A stretch of 64,000 nucleotides of DNA from Kiritimatiellia bacterium (GTDB lineage: Bacteria > Verrucomicrobiota > Kiritimatiellia > JAAZAB01): positions 224,001-288,000 of the forward strand of contig JAXGPF010000006.1 in the NCBI GenBank assembly GCA_040767085.1, written 5' to 3'. Below, piece after piece: positions 9,564-19,710 of the stretch (positions within the stretch are counted from its first letter, which is position 1; each line of letters opens with the position of its first letter). The notes beneath the pieces are model-generated. The model searched no databases, had not been told where the DNA came from, and saw only the letters and a program-made list of their open reading frames with translations. A program made the translations under genes and the position numbers.

Positions 9564-10724
9564 TCAGAACTTGGCAGATAAATCCAATTGGAAACGTTTA
9601 TAATCCTTGCTGGCCTCGCCGTCCTTGATACCCAGTTCGTTGATGAAATAGGTGGCGCCCAGGGTCCAGTTTTTGTCGATCTGGTAGGCGGCCATCAACT
9701 TATGCCCTTTGCCGTCGGTGCCGCCGCCCCAGGAATCGGAATCCGTGAATGCGCCGACCACCGCATCGGCTTCCAAATGCCGGTAATTGTAGCCCAGTTC
9801 GAAGGAACGCGGCGTCCTGGCTTCGCCGAAGGCGACGCCGGCGAGATAGCCGGTGTCATTGTCATCCGCCTCGGTATTTTTAACGCAATTGCCGTAAATT
9901 TTCCAGGGCAAACCGGTCAGTGGGCACTTGAATCCGACGGACGCCAGCAATTCCAGTTCACGGTACTCATCGGCATAAACCGCCTTGGTTACATTGCCCT
10001 CGGCATCCATGGTCGTGACAACGGTGTTGCCGTAGCCTTTAAAGCTGTCTTCCCAGTCAATCACACCGAAGCCTGACATGTGTTCGTAATAATAATAGCT
10101 GACCCCGGCCAGGAATTTCAGGCCGGCATCGGTTTTGACGTCCACGCCGGCCTGCCCGGCATATATCATCGTGTCGCTGTCCTTGCCGCGCTCCGTTACG
10201 GCCAGCGCCGCGCCATTCAAGAGCAGATCCGCCGGCCCCAGGCCCAGCTTGTAACGCAGGGCGCCGCCCTCCGGGTTCAAATCGCCGTCCCACACCAGAT
10301 CGCTTACCTGCAAAAACGGTTTTTGCATTTTGCCGCCGATGAGTGCCAGGCCCGGCGTTACTTCCGGCCGCCAGTCCACGTATGCCAGTTCCAGGGCAAT
10401 GTCCTTGCTGGTAAAGCCGTCGCCCATGGTCTGGTTCCCGGAAACCGGGTCTTTGCCGCCGGTCCGAATGCCGACCCCAGCCTTGACTTCCTCATTAACC
10501 TGGCCTTCAACCCCCAGCCGCGCGCGAATCCGCTCGCGCGAGCGGGAAGGATCGCCTTCCTTGTCAATGTTTTCATAACGCACCCGCACATCGCCTTTCA
10601 CCTTGATACGATCCGCCCATGATTCCTGCCTGGCTTCGACCATGGGCGTCTGTCCCAATGCCAGACCGGCTATCCCCGCCGCCAGACCCGCAACACCAAC
10701 CGTTATTCTTGATTTTCTCATCAT
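9564..10724 (-). CDS. putative outer-membrane porin (likely phosphate-regulated)
   Basis: Signal peptide, GDVRVRYE...RERIRARLG, DLVWDGDLNPEG, terminal FQLDLSAKF beta-signal; divergent from pstS. Confidence 0.8.
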   Translation of the reverse strand: MMRKSRITVGVAGLAAGIAGLALGQTPMVEARQESWADRIKVKGDVRVRYENIDKEGDPSRSRERIRARLGVEGQVNEEVKAGVGIRTGGKDPVSGNQTMGDGFTSKDIALELAYVDWRPEVTPGLALIGGKMQKPFLQVSDLVWDGDLNPEGGALRYKLGLGPADLLLNGAALAVTERGKDSDTMIYAGQAGVDVKTDAGLKFLAGVSYYYYEHMSGFGVIDWEDSFKGYGNTVVTTMDAEGNVTKAVYADEYRELELLASVGFKCPLTGLPWKIYGNCVKNTEADDNDTGYLAGVAFGEARTPRSFELGYNYRHLEADAVVGAFTDSDSWGGGTDGKGHKLMAAYQIDKNWTLGATYFINELGIKDGEASKDYKRFQLDLSAKF

Positions 10725-10854
10725 TGACCCTTTTTTTGTTTTCTCAATCACGCTGCGTCCTTTACTAAATCTTCCACCGCGCCATTTCTTTATTACATGC
10801 TTAGCAAAGCACCTCCTTCGTTTCTAAAATACATGCACCAAAGGTAAACCGGCC

Positions 10855-10940
10855 CCGTTAGGCTGGTTTTGACGCCGTGTTAAAAATATGTTTTGGCGCT
10901 TTAACCTGAATCTAACATGTTCAACACACTGGATTAACCG
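10855..10940. promoter_or_regulatory. divergent Pho-box arrays between porin and pstS
   Basis: Plus strand TTAACCT (10901), CTAACAT (10912), TTAACCG (10934); minus strand CTAACGG, TCAAAAC, TTAACAC, AAAACAT at 10855/10866/10877/10888. Confidence 0.65.
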
Positions 10941-11116
10941 CCTTCCGGCAGACTATGCGCCATCAACGGAAGCGGAAAGGAGGTGTACCGGCGCGCGGAA
11001 CCCGCGGGTTTCAGCGGCCAGATCAAACGGCAGCGAGTCTAAAACAACCAGTCTGCCGGACCGGGTGCCGGCATCACCCGCCGGCAAAACAGCCGGCGCA
11101 ATCGAAGGCGCATATC

Positions 11117-11944
11117 ATGAATAAAATCATCGTCACAACGGCGGTATGTCTGGGAATCGGATGGGCGGCGGCGCAGGAGCGGATCGTGATTGACGGATCC
11201 ACGACGGTGGGGCCGATTGCCAAGGCTTTCGCCGAACATTACATGCAAAAGCATCCTGACGCCAATCTGACCGTCAGCGAGTCTGGCAGCGGCAACGGCG
11301 CCAAAAGCCTGATCAACAAAACCTGCCAGATCGCCATCATGTCGCGATTCATGAAGGCCGGCGAATTCCAGGCCGCGGTGGAAAAGGGTGTCCTCCCGGT
11401 GGCGCACGTGGTGGCGCTGGATGGTTTGCCGATCCTGGTACATCCCGCCAACCCGGTGGGCAACCTGACCCTGGAACAGCTGCGCAAAATCTATACGGGT
11501 GAAATCGTCAACTGGAAGGAAGTCGGCGGCGCCGATTTGAAGATTGTCGTGATCAGCCGCGACACCAACAGCGGCACCTACGAGACCTTCTACGGCCTGG
11601 TGATGGAGCATGGCGGCAGCAAGGAAAAGATTGGCGCCGGCGCGGAATACGTCGGCAGCAACGGCGCTGTCCGCCAACGCGTCCAAAGCACGCCCGCGGC
11701 CATCGGCTACGCCGGCCTGGGTTTTGTTGACAGCACCGTCAAGGCCCTGTCAATCAACGGGGTGGCGCCCAGCCGGGAAACAGTGACCAGCGGCGAATAC
11801 CCCATCGCCCGGGCGTTGTACATGTTCACCGATCAATATCCGCCCATGGGCAGCCATCTCTACCGTTTCGTCACCCTGCACTTGAGCCCCGCCGGCCAGG
11901 AAATCGTCGAGACCATCGGTTTTGTGCCCGTTACGCAATATTGA
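11117..11944 (+). CDS. pstS: phosphate ABC transporter substrate-binding protein
   Basis: IDGSTTV.P, SGSGNG, VALDG, SRDTNSGT, YPIARAL; signal peptide. Confidence 0.93.
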   Translation: MNKIIVTTAVCLGIGWAAAQERIVIDGSTTVGPIAKAFAEHYMQKHPDANLTVSESGSGNGAKSLINKTCQIAIMSRFMKAGEFQAAVEKGVLPVAHVVALDGLPILVHPANPVGNLTLEQLRKIYTGEIVNWKEVGGADLKIVVISRDTNSGTYETFYGLVMEHGGSKEKIGAGAEYVGSNGAVRQRVQSTPAAIGYAGLGFVDSTVKALSINGVAPSRETVTSGEYPIARALYMFTDQYPPMGSHLYRFVTLHLSPAGQEIVETIGFVPVTQY

Positions 11945-11953
11945 ACTCCGCCC

Positions 11954-11989
11954 GGCCGGATGATGCGCATCCCCGCGCGTCATCCGGCC
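11954..11989 (+). terminator. GC-rich stem-loop after pstS (terminator or mRNA stabiliser)
   Basis: GGCCGGATGATGCGC-ATCCCC-GCGCGTCATCCGGCC; no U-tract. Confidence 0.5.
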
Positions 11990-12004
11990 CCTGAGGAGAC
12001 AGTC

Positions 12005-12033
12005 TTAACCTTTTTCTAACATTTCGCTCACAC
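12005..12033 (+). promoter_or_regulatory. Pho-box-like repeats upstream of pstC
   Basis: TTAACCT (12005), CTAACAT (12016), CTCACAC (12027); first two identical to those upstream of pstS. Confidence 0.65.
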
Positions 12034-12118
12034 AGGGCAAACCCCTGACTGACAGGCTTGCCGCGGTTTTCCAGGATGTGTCCTGAAGGGATATCAAGTC
12101 CGCCGCAGACGGCTTTAT

Positions 12119-13288
12119 ATGACAGACCGCCGATCCATCCCTAACGGCCAAACGGTTGCCGGCAGCAACCTGTTGCTCAGCGCACCGCTCCATCTTCGTA
12201 AAAACCTTGCCGGCATGTTCGGGAAACTCCTGCTTTTCGCCGTTGCCGCCACGGCCACCCTGGCCGTTTTATTCATTTTTTATTTCATCGCCCGCGATGC
12301 CTGGCCGTTTTTCAAGGCGCGCGGGCTGACGGAATTTTTCTCCGAAACCGCCTGGTATCCCTCCCGCGATCCGGCCCGCTTCGGCGCGCGGGCGATTTTT
12401 GCCGGCAGCGCGCTGGTCACGCTGGGCGCGGCGCTGGTGGCGGCGCCGCTGGGCGTGGCCGCGGCGGTGTGTTTGAGCGATGTCCTACCGTTTCAGGCCC
12501 GCCAGACGGTCAAACCGGTCATCGAAATTCTGGCCGCCATCCCTTCCGTGGCTTACGGCTTCTTCGCGCTGGTGGTATTGGCGCCCTTGATGCAACAGCA
12601 TGGCGGCCGTATCCTCTGCGCAGCATGGTGGCTGCTGGCCGCCCCCATGCTGCTGTTGCTTGCCGCGGTCGCCGGTGAAATAGCCGCCGCCGCTGCGCGG
12701 CCGGCTGCTGCCCGGCGCCTGCGCTGGCCGTTGACCGGCATGCTGGCCGCCGCGGCGCTCTGGCTGGCATGGCGCGTCGGGCAGACGCTGGCGGGCATGT
12801 CCATCATTTCCGGCGCCAATGCCTTGAATGTGGCCATGATTCTCGGCGTCATGGCGTTGCCGACGGTGGTCAGCGTTTCCGAGGATGCCTTGCAGGCGGC
12901 TGGACGCGAATTACGCGAAGCCAGCTACGCCCTGGGCGCCACACGCGCGGAAACCGTCTGCCTGACCATCCTGCCCGCCGCCGGCAGCGGCATCTTCGCC
13001 GCCATCCTGCTGGGAGTGATGCGGGCCCTCGGCGAAACCATGGTGGTCTGGATGGCATCCGGCAACGCCGCGCAAATCCCGTCGCCCTGGTTTAACTACC
13101 TGATGCCGGTGCGCACGCTGACCGCCACCATCGCCGGCGACATGGGCGAAGCCGATCATGTAACCGGGTCGGACCGCTACCATGTGCTTTTTGCGATGGG
13201 GTTATGCCTGCTGCTGTTTTGCCTGATATGCAACCTGGCGGCCGAATGGATCGTGGCCCGGCAGCGCCGCAAGTTGAAAGGAGCATGA
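12119..13288 (+). CDS. pstC: phosphate ABC transporter permease
   Basis: KPVIEILAAIPSVAYGFF, SEDAL...LREASYALGAT..ET, RALGETM. Confidence 0.93.
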   Translation: MTDRRSIPNGQTVAGSNLLLSAPLHLRKNLAGMFGKLLLFAVAATATLAVLFIFYFIARDAWPFFKARGLTEFFSETAWYPSRDPARFGARAIFAGSALVTLGAALVAAPLGVAAAVCLSDVLPFQARQTVKPVIEILAAIPSVAYGFFALVVLAPLMQQHGGRILCAAWWLLAAPMLLLLAAVAGEIAAAAARPAAARRLRWPLTGMLAAAALWLAWRVGQTLAGMSIISGANALNVAMILGVMALPTVVSVSEDALQAAGRELREASYALGATRAETVCLTILPAAGSGIFAAILLGVMRALGETMVVWMASGNAAQIPSPWFNYLMPVRTLTATIAGDMGEADHVTGSDRYHVLFAMGLCLLLFCLICNLAAEWIVARQRRKLKGA

Positions 13289-14619
13289 TGCAACTGACCA
13301 CCCGCAAACTCCTGGACCGGGCATTCTCCGCCGCCGGCTTCTTCGCCATTGCGCTGATGATCGCCGCCCTGGCGGTGATTGTCGTTCCTATCTTCCGGCA
13401 AGGCCTGGGCGCCGTCTGTTTCCGGGCCACGGTGGAACACCGCAAGCAGATGCGCGCGCTGTTCGGCCGCGGCGGCGGCGGCGCCTTGCAGCGGGAAATC
13501 GCCGCGGCGGAGGCTGCGCGCCAGCCGGTTTACGAAATGCTGGCGTCCTATGAAAACCTGCCGGCCGCCCAGCGGCGCCCGACGGCAGGGGCATACCGCG
13601 ACCTGGAAAAAGCGCTGCGCGCCCTGCTTGGTCCGTTGCCGGGAGATGCGCCCCGGCTCATGCCGCGCGAGCAATTCGGGCAGGCGCGCTGGGACCGGGC
13701 CGCGGTCAAGCTGCAAGAATTGCTGTACGTCAAGACCTGGGACTATTCCACCCCGGGCGTATTGGGAGTTGCCAAGTACACCCCCCGCAAGGAACAATTC
13801 GCCGGGACGCCGCTCTACCACCTGCCGGATTACGTGGCGCAAAACCTGCCGGCCATGCTGCGGCCGCGCCGGACTTTTTACTGGCGGTTCCTGACGGACA
13901 AGGCCGTGGACATTCATTTCTTCGGCGGGATCGGCCCGGAACTTTTGGGAACCCTTTACCTGACACTGGGCGCGATGCTGTTCGCGGCGCCACTGGGCAT
14001 CGCCGCCGCCATTTATTTCGCCGAATATGCCCGCCAGGGGCGCATTGTCAGCCTGCTGCGTTCCTGCGTCAGCACGCTGGCCGGAGTGCCCAGCATTGTT
14101 TTCGGCCTGTTCGGCCTGGCGTTTTTCATTAATATCCTGCGGGTGTCCCCCTCCAAGAGCGTACTGGCCGGGGCGCTGACCCTCGGGCTGCTGATTCTGC
14201 CAACCGTGATCCGCGCCGCTGAGGAAGCCATCATGGCCGTCCCGCAAGCCTACAAGGAAGCCGCCCTGAGCCTGGGCGCCGGCCGCTGGCACACCATCCT
14301 GACCGTGATATTGCCGGCGGCGTTGCCCGGCATCCTTACCGGCGCGGTGATCAGCATGGGGCGGGCGGCCGGTGAAACCGCGCCGATCATTTTCACGGCC
14401 GCCGTCAGTGTGGGCCTGGCTTTGAAACCCTGGGAGACGCTCGCCAATCCCACCCCGGCGCTTTCGTGGAATATTTACAACCTGGCCACGGAGCACGAGG
14501 CGGCGGACGAAATCCGCCATGTCCAATTCGGCATGGCCATGGCTCTGGTCGGGCTGGTGCTGCTGTTGAACATGGCGGCGATCTTCGTCCGGGCCCGCAT
14601 TGCCGCCCGGATCAAGTGA
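13285..14619 (+). CDS. pstA: phosphate ABC transporter permease
   Basis: LAGVPSIVFGLFG, EEAIMAVP..YKEAALSLGA, GRAAGETAP; ATGA overlap with pstC. Confidence 0.93.
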   Translation: MMQLTTRKLLDRAFSAAGFFAIALMIAALAVIVVPIFRQGLGAVCFRATVEHRKQMRALFGRGGGGALQREIAAAEAARQPVYEMLASYENLPAAQRRPTAGAYRDLEKALRALLGPLPGDAPRLMPREQFGQARWDRAAVKLQELLYVKTWDYSTPGVLGVAKYTPRKEQFAGTPLYHLPDYVAQNLPAMLRPRRTFYWRFLTDKAVDIHFFGGIGPELLGTLYLTLGAMLFAAPLGIAAAIYFAEYARQGRIVSLLRSCVSTLAGVPSIVFGLFGLAFFINILRVSPSKSVLAGALTLGLLILPTVIRAAEEAIMAVPQAYKEAALSLGAGRWHTILTVILPAALPGILTGAVISMGRAAGETAPIIFTAAVSVGLALKPWETLANPTPALSWNIYNLATEHEAADEIRHVQFGMAMALVGLVLLLNMAAIFVRARIAARIK

Positions 14620-14637
14620 TAATTTTACGGGGAACCA

Positions 14638-15444
14638 ATGATGCATATGAACCAACCCAATGCCATTGAGCCGGCCGGGCCGGCGGCCGGCGCGGCGCAT
14701 GTGGTGGCGCGGAATTTTTCCGTCTTTTACCGCCGCAACCAGGCGGTAAAAGAAGTGACGCTCGACATCCCGCGCGGGTGCGTGACGGCCATCATTGGCC
14801 CCAGCGGCTGCGGCAAGAGCACTTTTTTGCGGGCCATCAACCGCATGAACGACCTGGTGCCGGGCTGCCGCACCGCCGGCGCCTTGTTGTTTGACGGCCA
14901 GGATATCCATGCGCCGCGGCTGGATGTGGAAACCCTGCGGCGGCGCATCGGCATGGTCTTCCAGAAGCCCAATCCGTTTCCCAAGAGCATTTTCGACAAT
15001 GTGGCCTACGGGCCCCGGCTGCACCGGCGCCTGAGCCGGGCCGCGCTCGCGGAAATCGTCGAAGCCAGCCTGCAGGGGGCCGCGTTGTGGGACGAAGTCA
15101 AGGACCGCCTGCAAGCCAATGCTCTGGGTCTTTCCGGCGGCCAGCAGCAGCGTTTGTGCATCGCCCGCGCGCTGGCCGTGCAGCCGGAAATCCTGCTGAT
15201 GGACGAGCCGACTTCCGCGCTGGATCCGCGCGCCACGACGCGCATCGAAGACTTGGTTGACGAGCTGCGCGGCCGCTATACCATCATCATTGTGACGCAC
15301 AACATGCAGCAGGCGGCCCGCGTCTCGGAATTCACCGCGTTTTTATACGAGGGCGTGCTGGTGGAATTCGGCGTCACCAGGGAGTTGTTCACCAAGCCAC
15401 GGATGAAACAAACGGAGGATTATATCACCGGCCGGTTCGGCTGA
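14638..15444 (+). CDS. pstB: phosphate ABC transporter ATP-binding protein
   Basis: [49 protein letters not shown]. Confidence 0.96.
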   Translation: MMHMNQPNAIEPAGPAAGAAHVVARNFSVFYRRNQAVKEVTLDIPRGCVTAIIGPSGCGKSTFLRAINRMNDLVPGCRTAGALLFDGQDIHAPRLDVETLRRRIGMVFQKPNPFPKSIFDNVAYGPRLHRRLSRAALAEIVEASLQGAALWDEVKDRLQANALGLSGGQQQRLCIARALAVQPEILLMDEPTSALDPRATTRIEDLVDELRGRYTIIIVTHNMQQAARVSEFTAFLYEGVLVEFGVTRELFTKPRMKQTEDYITGRFG

Positions 15445-16151
15445 TGAATCTGGAGGAAACCGCCATGCGCATACACATGCAACGGGAACTGGAAAAATTG
15501 AAACGCCAAATCTTGCAGCTTGGGGCCGAGGTGGAGGAGGATGTATACAACGCCGTCCAGGCGCTGGACACGCGCAACCGGGCGATGGCGGAAACGGCAA
15601 TTGCCCGCGAAGCGCGGACCAACGCCATGGAAGTGGACGTGGAGGAGGAATGCCTGAAAATCCTGGCGCTGCACCAGCCGGTGGCCGCGGACTTGCGCTA
15701 TATCATCGCCGTCCTGAAAATCAACCAGGACCTGGAGCGCATCGGCGACCTGGCCGTTCACATCGCCGAGTGCAGCCTGAAACTCTGCCGGCAGCCCAAA
15801 CTGGAAATGCCATTCCGGCTGGGCGATATGGCCGGCAAAGCGCAACTGATGTTGAAAAAGGTGCTCGACGCTTTCGTCAATCAGGATGAGACCGCCGCGC
15901 ATGAAGTATGCGCCGCCGATCATGCCATTGACCGCATCAAGGATGAAATTTTCCAGCAGGCTAAAAACGCCCTGGTCCGGCATCCGGAGCAATGCGACAC
16001 CCTCATCGAAATCATGAACGTCGCCCGGCATCTCGAGCGCATTGCCGACCATGCCACCAATATCGCCGAGGATTTGATTTACCTGATTGCCGGGCGGATT
16101 GTGCGCCACACCCCCGAGGTTTCGGACCGGGGCGCGCCCACCCAAAAATAG
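15444..16151 (+). CDS. phoU: phosphate signalling complex protein
   Basis: QPVAADLR...DLERIGD and LERIADHATNIAE repeats. Confidence 0.95.
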   Translation: MNLEETAMRIHMQRELEKLKRQILQLGAEVEEDVYNAVQALDTRNRAMAETAIAREARTNAMEVDVEEECLKILALHQPVAADLRYIIAVLKINQDLERIGDLAVHIAECSLKLCRQPKLEMPFRLGDMAGKAQLMLKKVLDAFVNQDETAAHEVCAADHAIDRIKDEIFQQAKNALVRHPEQCDTLIEIMNVARHLERIADHATNIAEDLIYLIAGRIVRHTPEVSDRGAPTQK

Positions 16152-16201
16152 CGGAAAGGCGCCATAGCTCCATCGCGTTGTGAAAATAACGCCGTGGCGG
16201 T

Positions 16202-18406
16202 TCAGCGGACGATTGCCAGGGTTTCCTTCCCGAATTGGCGGGCTTTGGCCGGACCGATGCCCCGGATGTTCAGCAACTCCTCCAGCGTGCGCGGCTGGGC
16301 CAGGGCGATGGCTTTGAGCGTCTTGTCGGTGTAAATGATGAACGCCGGGACATTGCCCATGGCCGCCGCCTTGCGCCGCCGCCAGTCTTTCAGCCGGAGC
16401 CAGGCCGCGGACGCCAGGCTGTCCGCCGGAAAATCGGCTGGCGCCGCAGTGGATGTTTTTTTGGCGTTCCTGATGCCGGGCGCCGGTTTGGCCAGCGGTC
16501 CGGCCGCAAAGGATATGCCCGGCGCTGCGCGCCGCGCAGGTATTTTCAGCGGCACGCTTTTTTGAGCCCTGGCCACCTCAAAACCCAGCGAGGTCAATGC
16601 AAGCGTGGGATATTTGCCGGCGCTGGCCGCGATACAGCCGATGGCGATAAGTTCTTCAATCAGATTCCACGTAAAATCCGGCCCCTCATCCGCCAGCAGT
16701 CCGTAGGTGGATTGTTTATCCAGGCCGCAATCCAGAATTTCCCGGGCGCGGGAGCCGACCAGCGTTTGCGTGATGCGGCCGCGCCCGAACCTTCCTTGCA
16801 GACGCCATACGCACGACAACGCTTTCTGAATGATGACTGTCTCTTCCGGGGTGGGCAGGCGCGCGTCCGCGCACAGGACGGTTTTGCGCCGGCAATTGTC
16901 GCAGCGCCCGCAGACGCGGTGCTGGCCGGATTCCGCATCGCCAAAATAGTCCAGGATGAAATGCTGCCGGCAACCGGCGCACCCGGCGTAGTCAAGCATG
17001 AGGCGCAATTTCTGCTCATCCCGCGCGCGTTTAACGTCCAGGCGTTCGTAATCGATTGCCAGGCTGTCCGGCGGTTTGACGGGCCGGATTAAATCGGTGG
17101 TGTAGGTTCGTCCGCCCGCCGCGTAATCGCGGCGGATAAAGCCCGCGCGCTCCAGCAGGTGCAAAGCCGTGCCCACCGCCATCTCGTTGGGCGCGCCGTC
17201 CACTTGTTCGGCGATATCCGCGATGGACATTTGGATGGAGCCGCCGGCGCACAAGCGGAGCAGTGTTGCGCGCGTGTCGTTAACGATGGCGCGGGTTGGG
17301 TTGGCGCCTTCAATGAAATACTCCTGCGTGCGGATATCCGCGTAATTGAACAGCAACTCGCAATGCGCCGGCTCGCCATCGCGGCCCGCGCGGCCGGCTT
17401 CCTGGTAATAGGCTTCCACGCTGCCGGGGATGTCATAATGCAGAATGAAGCGCAAGTCGGCGCGGTCAATGCCCATGCCGAAGGCGTTGGTGGCCACCGC
17501 CACCGGGACCGCGCCGGTCATGAACCGGGTCTGGGCGGCGGTGCGCTGCTCATCAGTCATGCCGCCGTGGTAGGCCACGCAGTCAACGCCATGGTCGCGC
17601 AGCTCCCGGCAGCGACGTTCGACATTTTTGCGCGTGGCGCAATAGACGATGCCGGTCCGCCCGGCGCCGACCACCGCCAGCATGCGCGCGAGTTTTTCCG
17701 CGTTGTTACGCGTGCGTTGGACGGTAAAATCGAGGTTGGGACGGGCAAAGCCGGCGACGAATATGCCAGGCGGCCGGCGCGGCGCCTGCGCCAGCGCCAG
17801 TTGCGCGATAATGTCGGCGCGCACTTCCGGCGTGGCGGTGGCGGTCAATGCGATTACCGGCGGTTGCCCGATTTCCCGCAAGGCGTTTTTCAAGCGCAGG
17901 TAGTCCGGCCGGAAATCGTGCCCCCATTGCGAGATACAGTGCGCCTCGTCAATCGCGAACAGGGCGATAGAGAGGGGCGCCAGCGCGGCGACAAACCGCG
18001 AACTTTTGAAACGCTCGGGCGCAATATACACCAGGCGGAACTCGCCGCGCGCCATGCGCGCGATGCGATCGGTAAGTTCGCGGTCGTTCAGGGATGAATT
18101 TATGAACGCGGCCGGGATGCCCTTGCCGGTCAGGCTGTCCACCTGGTCTTTCATCAGGGCGATCAGCGGGGAAACCACCACCGTGAGGCCTTCCAGCAAC
18201 ATAGCCGGGAGTTGATAGCAAAGCGATTTGCCGCCGCCGGTGGGCATGACCGCCAGGGTATCCTCCCCGGCCAGCACGGACTGGATAATCGGTTCCTGGC
18301 CGTGGAGAAACTTGCGGAACCCGAAATGGCGTTCCAGGACGGCTTGCGGGGTGCGGGCAGCCGGCGTTTTGATGGAATTGACTCGATTACCTTGAATTTT
18401 AATCAT
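16202..18406 (-). CDS. recQ: ATP-dependent DNA helicase RecQ (RQC and HRDC domains)
   Basis: MPTGGGKSLCYQLPA, DEAHCISQWGHDFRP, ATNAFGMGID, YYQEAGRAGRDG, zinc-binding CR...CGRCDNC, HRDC. Confidence 0.95.
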   Translation of the reverse strand: MIKIQGNRVNSIKTPAARTPQAVLERHFGFRKFLHGQEPIIQSVLAGEDTLAVMPTGGGKSLCYQLPAMLLEGLTVVVSPLIALMKDQVDSLTGKGIPAAFINSSLNDRELTDRIARMARGEFRLVYIAPERFKSSRFVAALAPLSIALFAIDEAHCISQWGHDFRPDYLRLKNALREIGQPPVIALTATATPEVRADIIAQLALAQAPRRPPGIFVAGFARPNLDFTVQRTRNNAEKLARMLAVVGAGRTGIVYCATRKNVERRCRELRDHGVDCVAYHGGMTDEQRTAAQTRFMTGAVPVAVATNAFGMGIDRADLRFILHYDIPGSVEAYYQEAGRAGRDGEPAHCELLFNYADIRTQEYFIEGANPTRAIVNDTRATLLRLCAGGSIQMSIADIAEQVDGAPNEMAVGTALHLLERAGFIRRDYAAGGRTYTTDLIRPVKPPDSLAIDYERLDVKRARDEQKLRLMLDYAGCAGCRQHFILDYFGDAESGQHRVCGRCDNCRRKTVLCADARLPTPEETVIIQKALSCVWRLQGRFGRGRITQTLVGSRAREILDCGLDKQSTYGLLADEGPDFTWNLIEELIAIGCIAASAGKYPTLALTSLGFEVARAQKSVPLKIPARRAAPGISFAAGPLAKPAPGIRNAKKTSTAAPADFPADSLASAAWLRLKDWRRRKAAAMGNVPAFIIYTDKTLKAIALAQPRTLEELLNIRGIGPAKARQFGKETLAIVR

Positions 18407-18603
18407 GGTCCAGCAGGGCAGCAGGGGGTCAGTCCGTGAATATTAGCATATTTTTGGTTTTAAACGCCGATTTCTGAGTTCATCGTCCACGCCTCGCTCA
18501 ACTTATCCGCACTACTTTTGATACGGAAGCACGATGCCCCCTTTTCAATTATGCACTAATCCATTCGGCGTTCAAACAAGCGCGACGATTACGAACCGAT
18601 GCA

Positions 18604-19656
18604 CTAAGGTTCCGGCCCATCCGGTACGGCGAAGACGCAACGGAATCCGCGCAGGTTAAAGCACTTGTTGCAGGAAATGCAGGCGGCGCGCGATTGGCTG
18701 TCGGCGGCAAACCGGTTCACCAGGTCCGGCTCGCGGATGAACGGCCGGCAGAGCGATACCAGGTCGCAAACGCCGTCGGAAACCATCCGCTCCATCACCG
18801 CCAACGAGCGCAATCCGCCGACCAGCATCACCGGGATTTGCACCCTTGCCCGGATGGCCGCGGCGGCCGCGGCGAAATACGCTTCGTCGGAAGCGGCGTT
18901 GATGTGTTCGGCCACCGGCTGCGCATGGGGACCGGGGAAGGTGCAGGAAACCTCGATCGCGTTCATCCCCGCGTCCTGCAAGGCCGCCGCCGTGGTCAAA
19001 GTCTCCGCCAGCGGCAGACTGTCGTCCCGCCCATCCATGGCCCCAAGCTTGCACAGCAGGAGGCGGTCCGGCCCGATGGCCGCGCGCAAGCGCAAGGCGA
19101 TCTCCACCAGCAACCGCCGGCGGCCGGCGGCATCCGCGCCATACTGGTCGGAACGCCGATTAGCCGCCGGCGTCAGGAATCCGCTGAGCAGATACCCATG
19201 CGCGGCATGCATCTGGACGCCGTCAAATCCGGCCCTGATCGAGCGGACGCCGGCCGCGACAAACCGCTCAATCACATCCTCGATCTCGGCGGCCGTCAAT
19301 TCCGCCGGCGGGCGGGCGGCGAAGTTGATTTGCGCCACTGCGTGCGCACCGTTGAGTTTTGCGGCCTGCGCCAGGCGCGTCAAGCCGGGCAGGTGCCGGT
19401 CGGACCACGCCCCGGTTTGCGCGGGCGAGCATTTCCTCTCAGGATGGACATACATATGCCCGGTGATGATCAAGCCCACGCCCCCGGCGGCGAGCTGCTC
19501 GTAAATCGGAAATATGCTCTCCTTGAGAACGCCATCCTTGTCGGCGCGGCCTTCGCCTGTCGCCGACCGGACAAACCGGTTTTTCAGGGTGTATGTTCCG
19601 ATCCGGCAAGGTTGGAACAGTATGGGATGTTGTGTATGCATCATCACCTTGTGCAT
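18604..19656 (-). CDS. NADH:flavin oxidoreductase (Old Yellow Enzyme family)
   Basis: LKNRFVRSAT, GGVGLIITG, AGFDGVQMHAAHGYLLS.FL, RPFIREPDL, CISCNKC. Confidence 0.9.
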   Translation of the reverse strand: MHKVMMHTQHPILFQPCRIGTYTLKNRFVRSATGEGRADKDGVLKESIFPIYEQLAAGGVGLIITGHMYVHPERKCSPAQTGAWSDRHLPGLTRLAQAAKLNGAHAVAQINFAARPPAELTAAEIEDVIERFVAAGVRSIRAGFDGVQMHAAHGYLLSGFLTPAANRRSDQYGADAAGRRRLLVEIALRLRAAIGPDRLLLCKLGAMDGRDDSLPLAETLTTAAALQDAGMNAIEVSCTFPGPHAQPVAEHINAASDEAYFAAAAAAIRARVQIPVMLVGGLRSLAVMERMVSDGVCDLVSLCRPFIREPDLVNRFAADSQSRAACISCNKCFNLRGFRCVFAVPDGPEP

Positions 19657-19710
19657 GAACAGGCCGCCGTTAAAATTGAGCCCGCGGCGTCCGGCAGGCA
19701 TCCGCCATCT

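Noticed and set aside
13177-15300. 707-aa antisense ORF and many similar long shadow ORFs
   Set aside because: They lie opposite well-supported genes and are expected in high-GC DNA; no recognisable motifs
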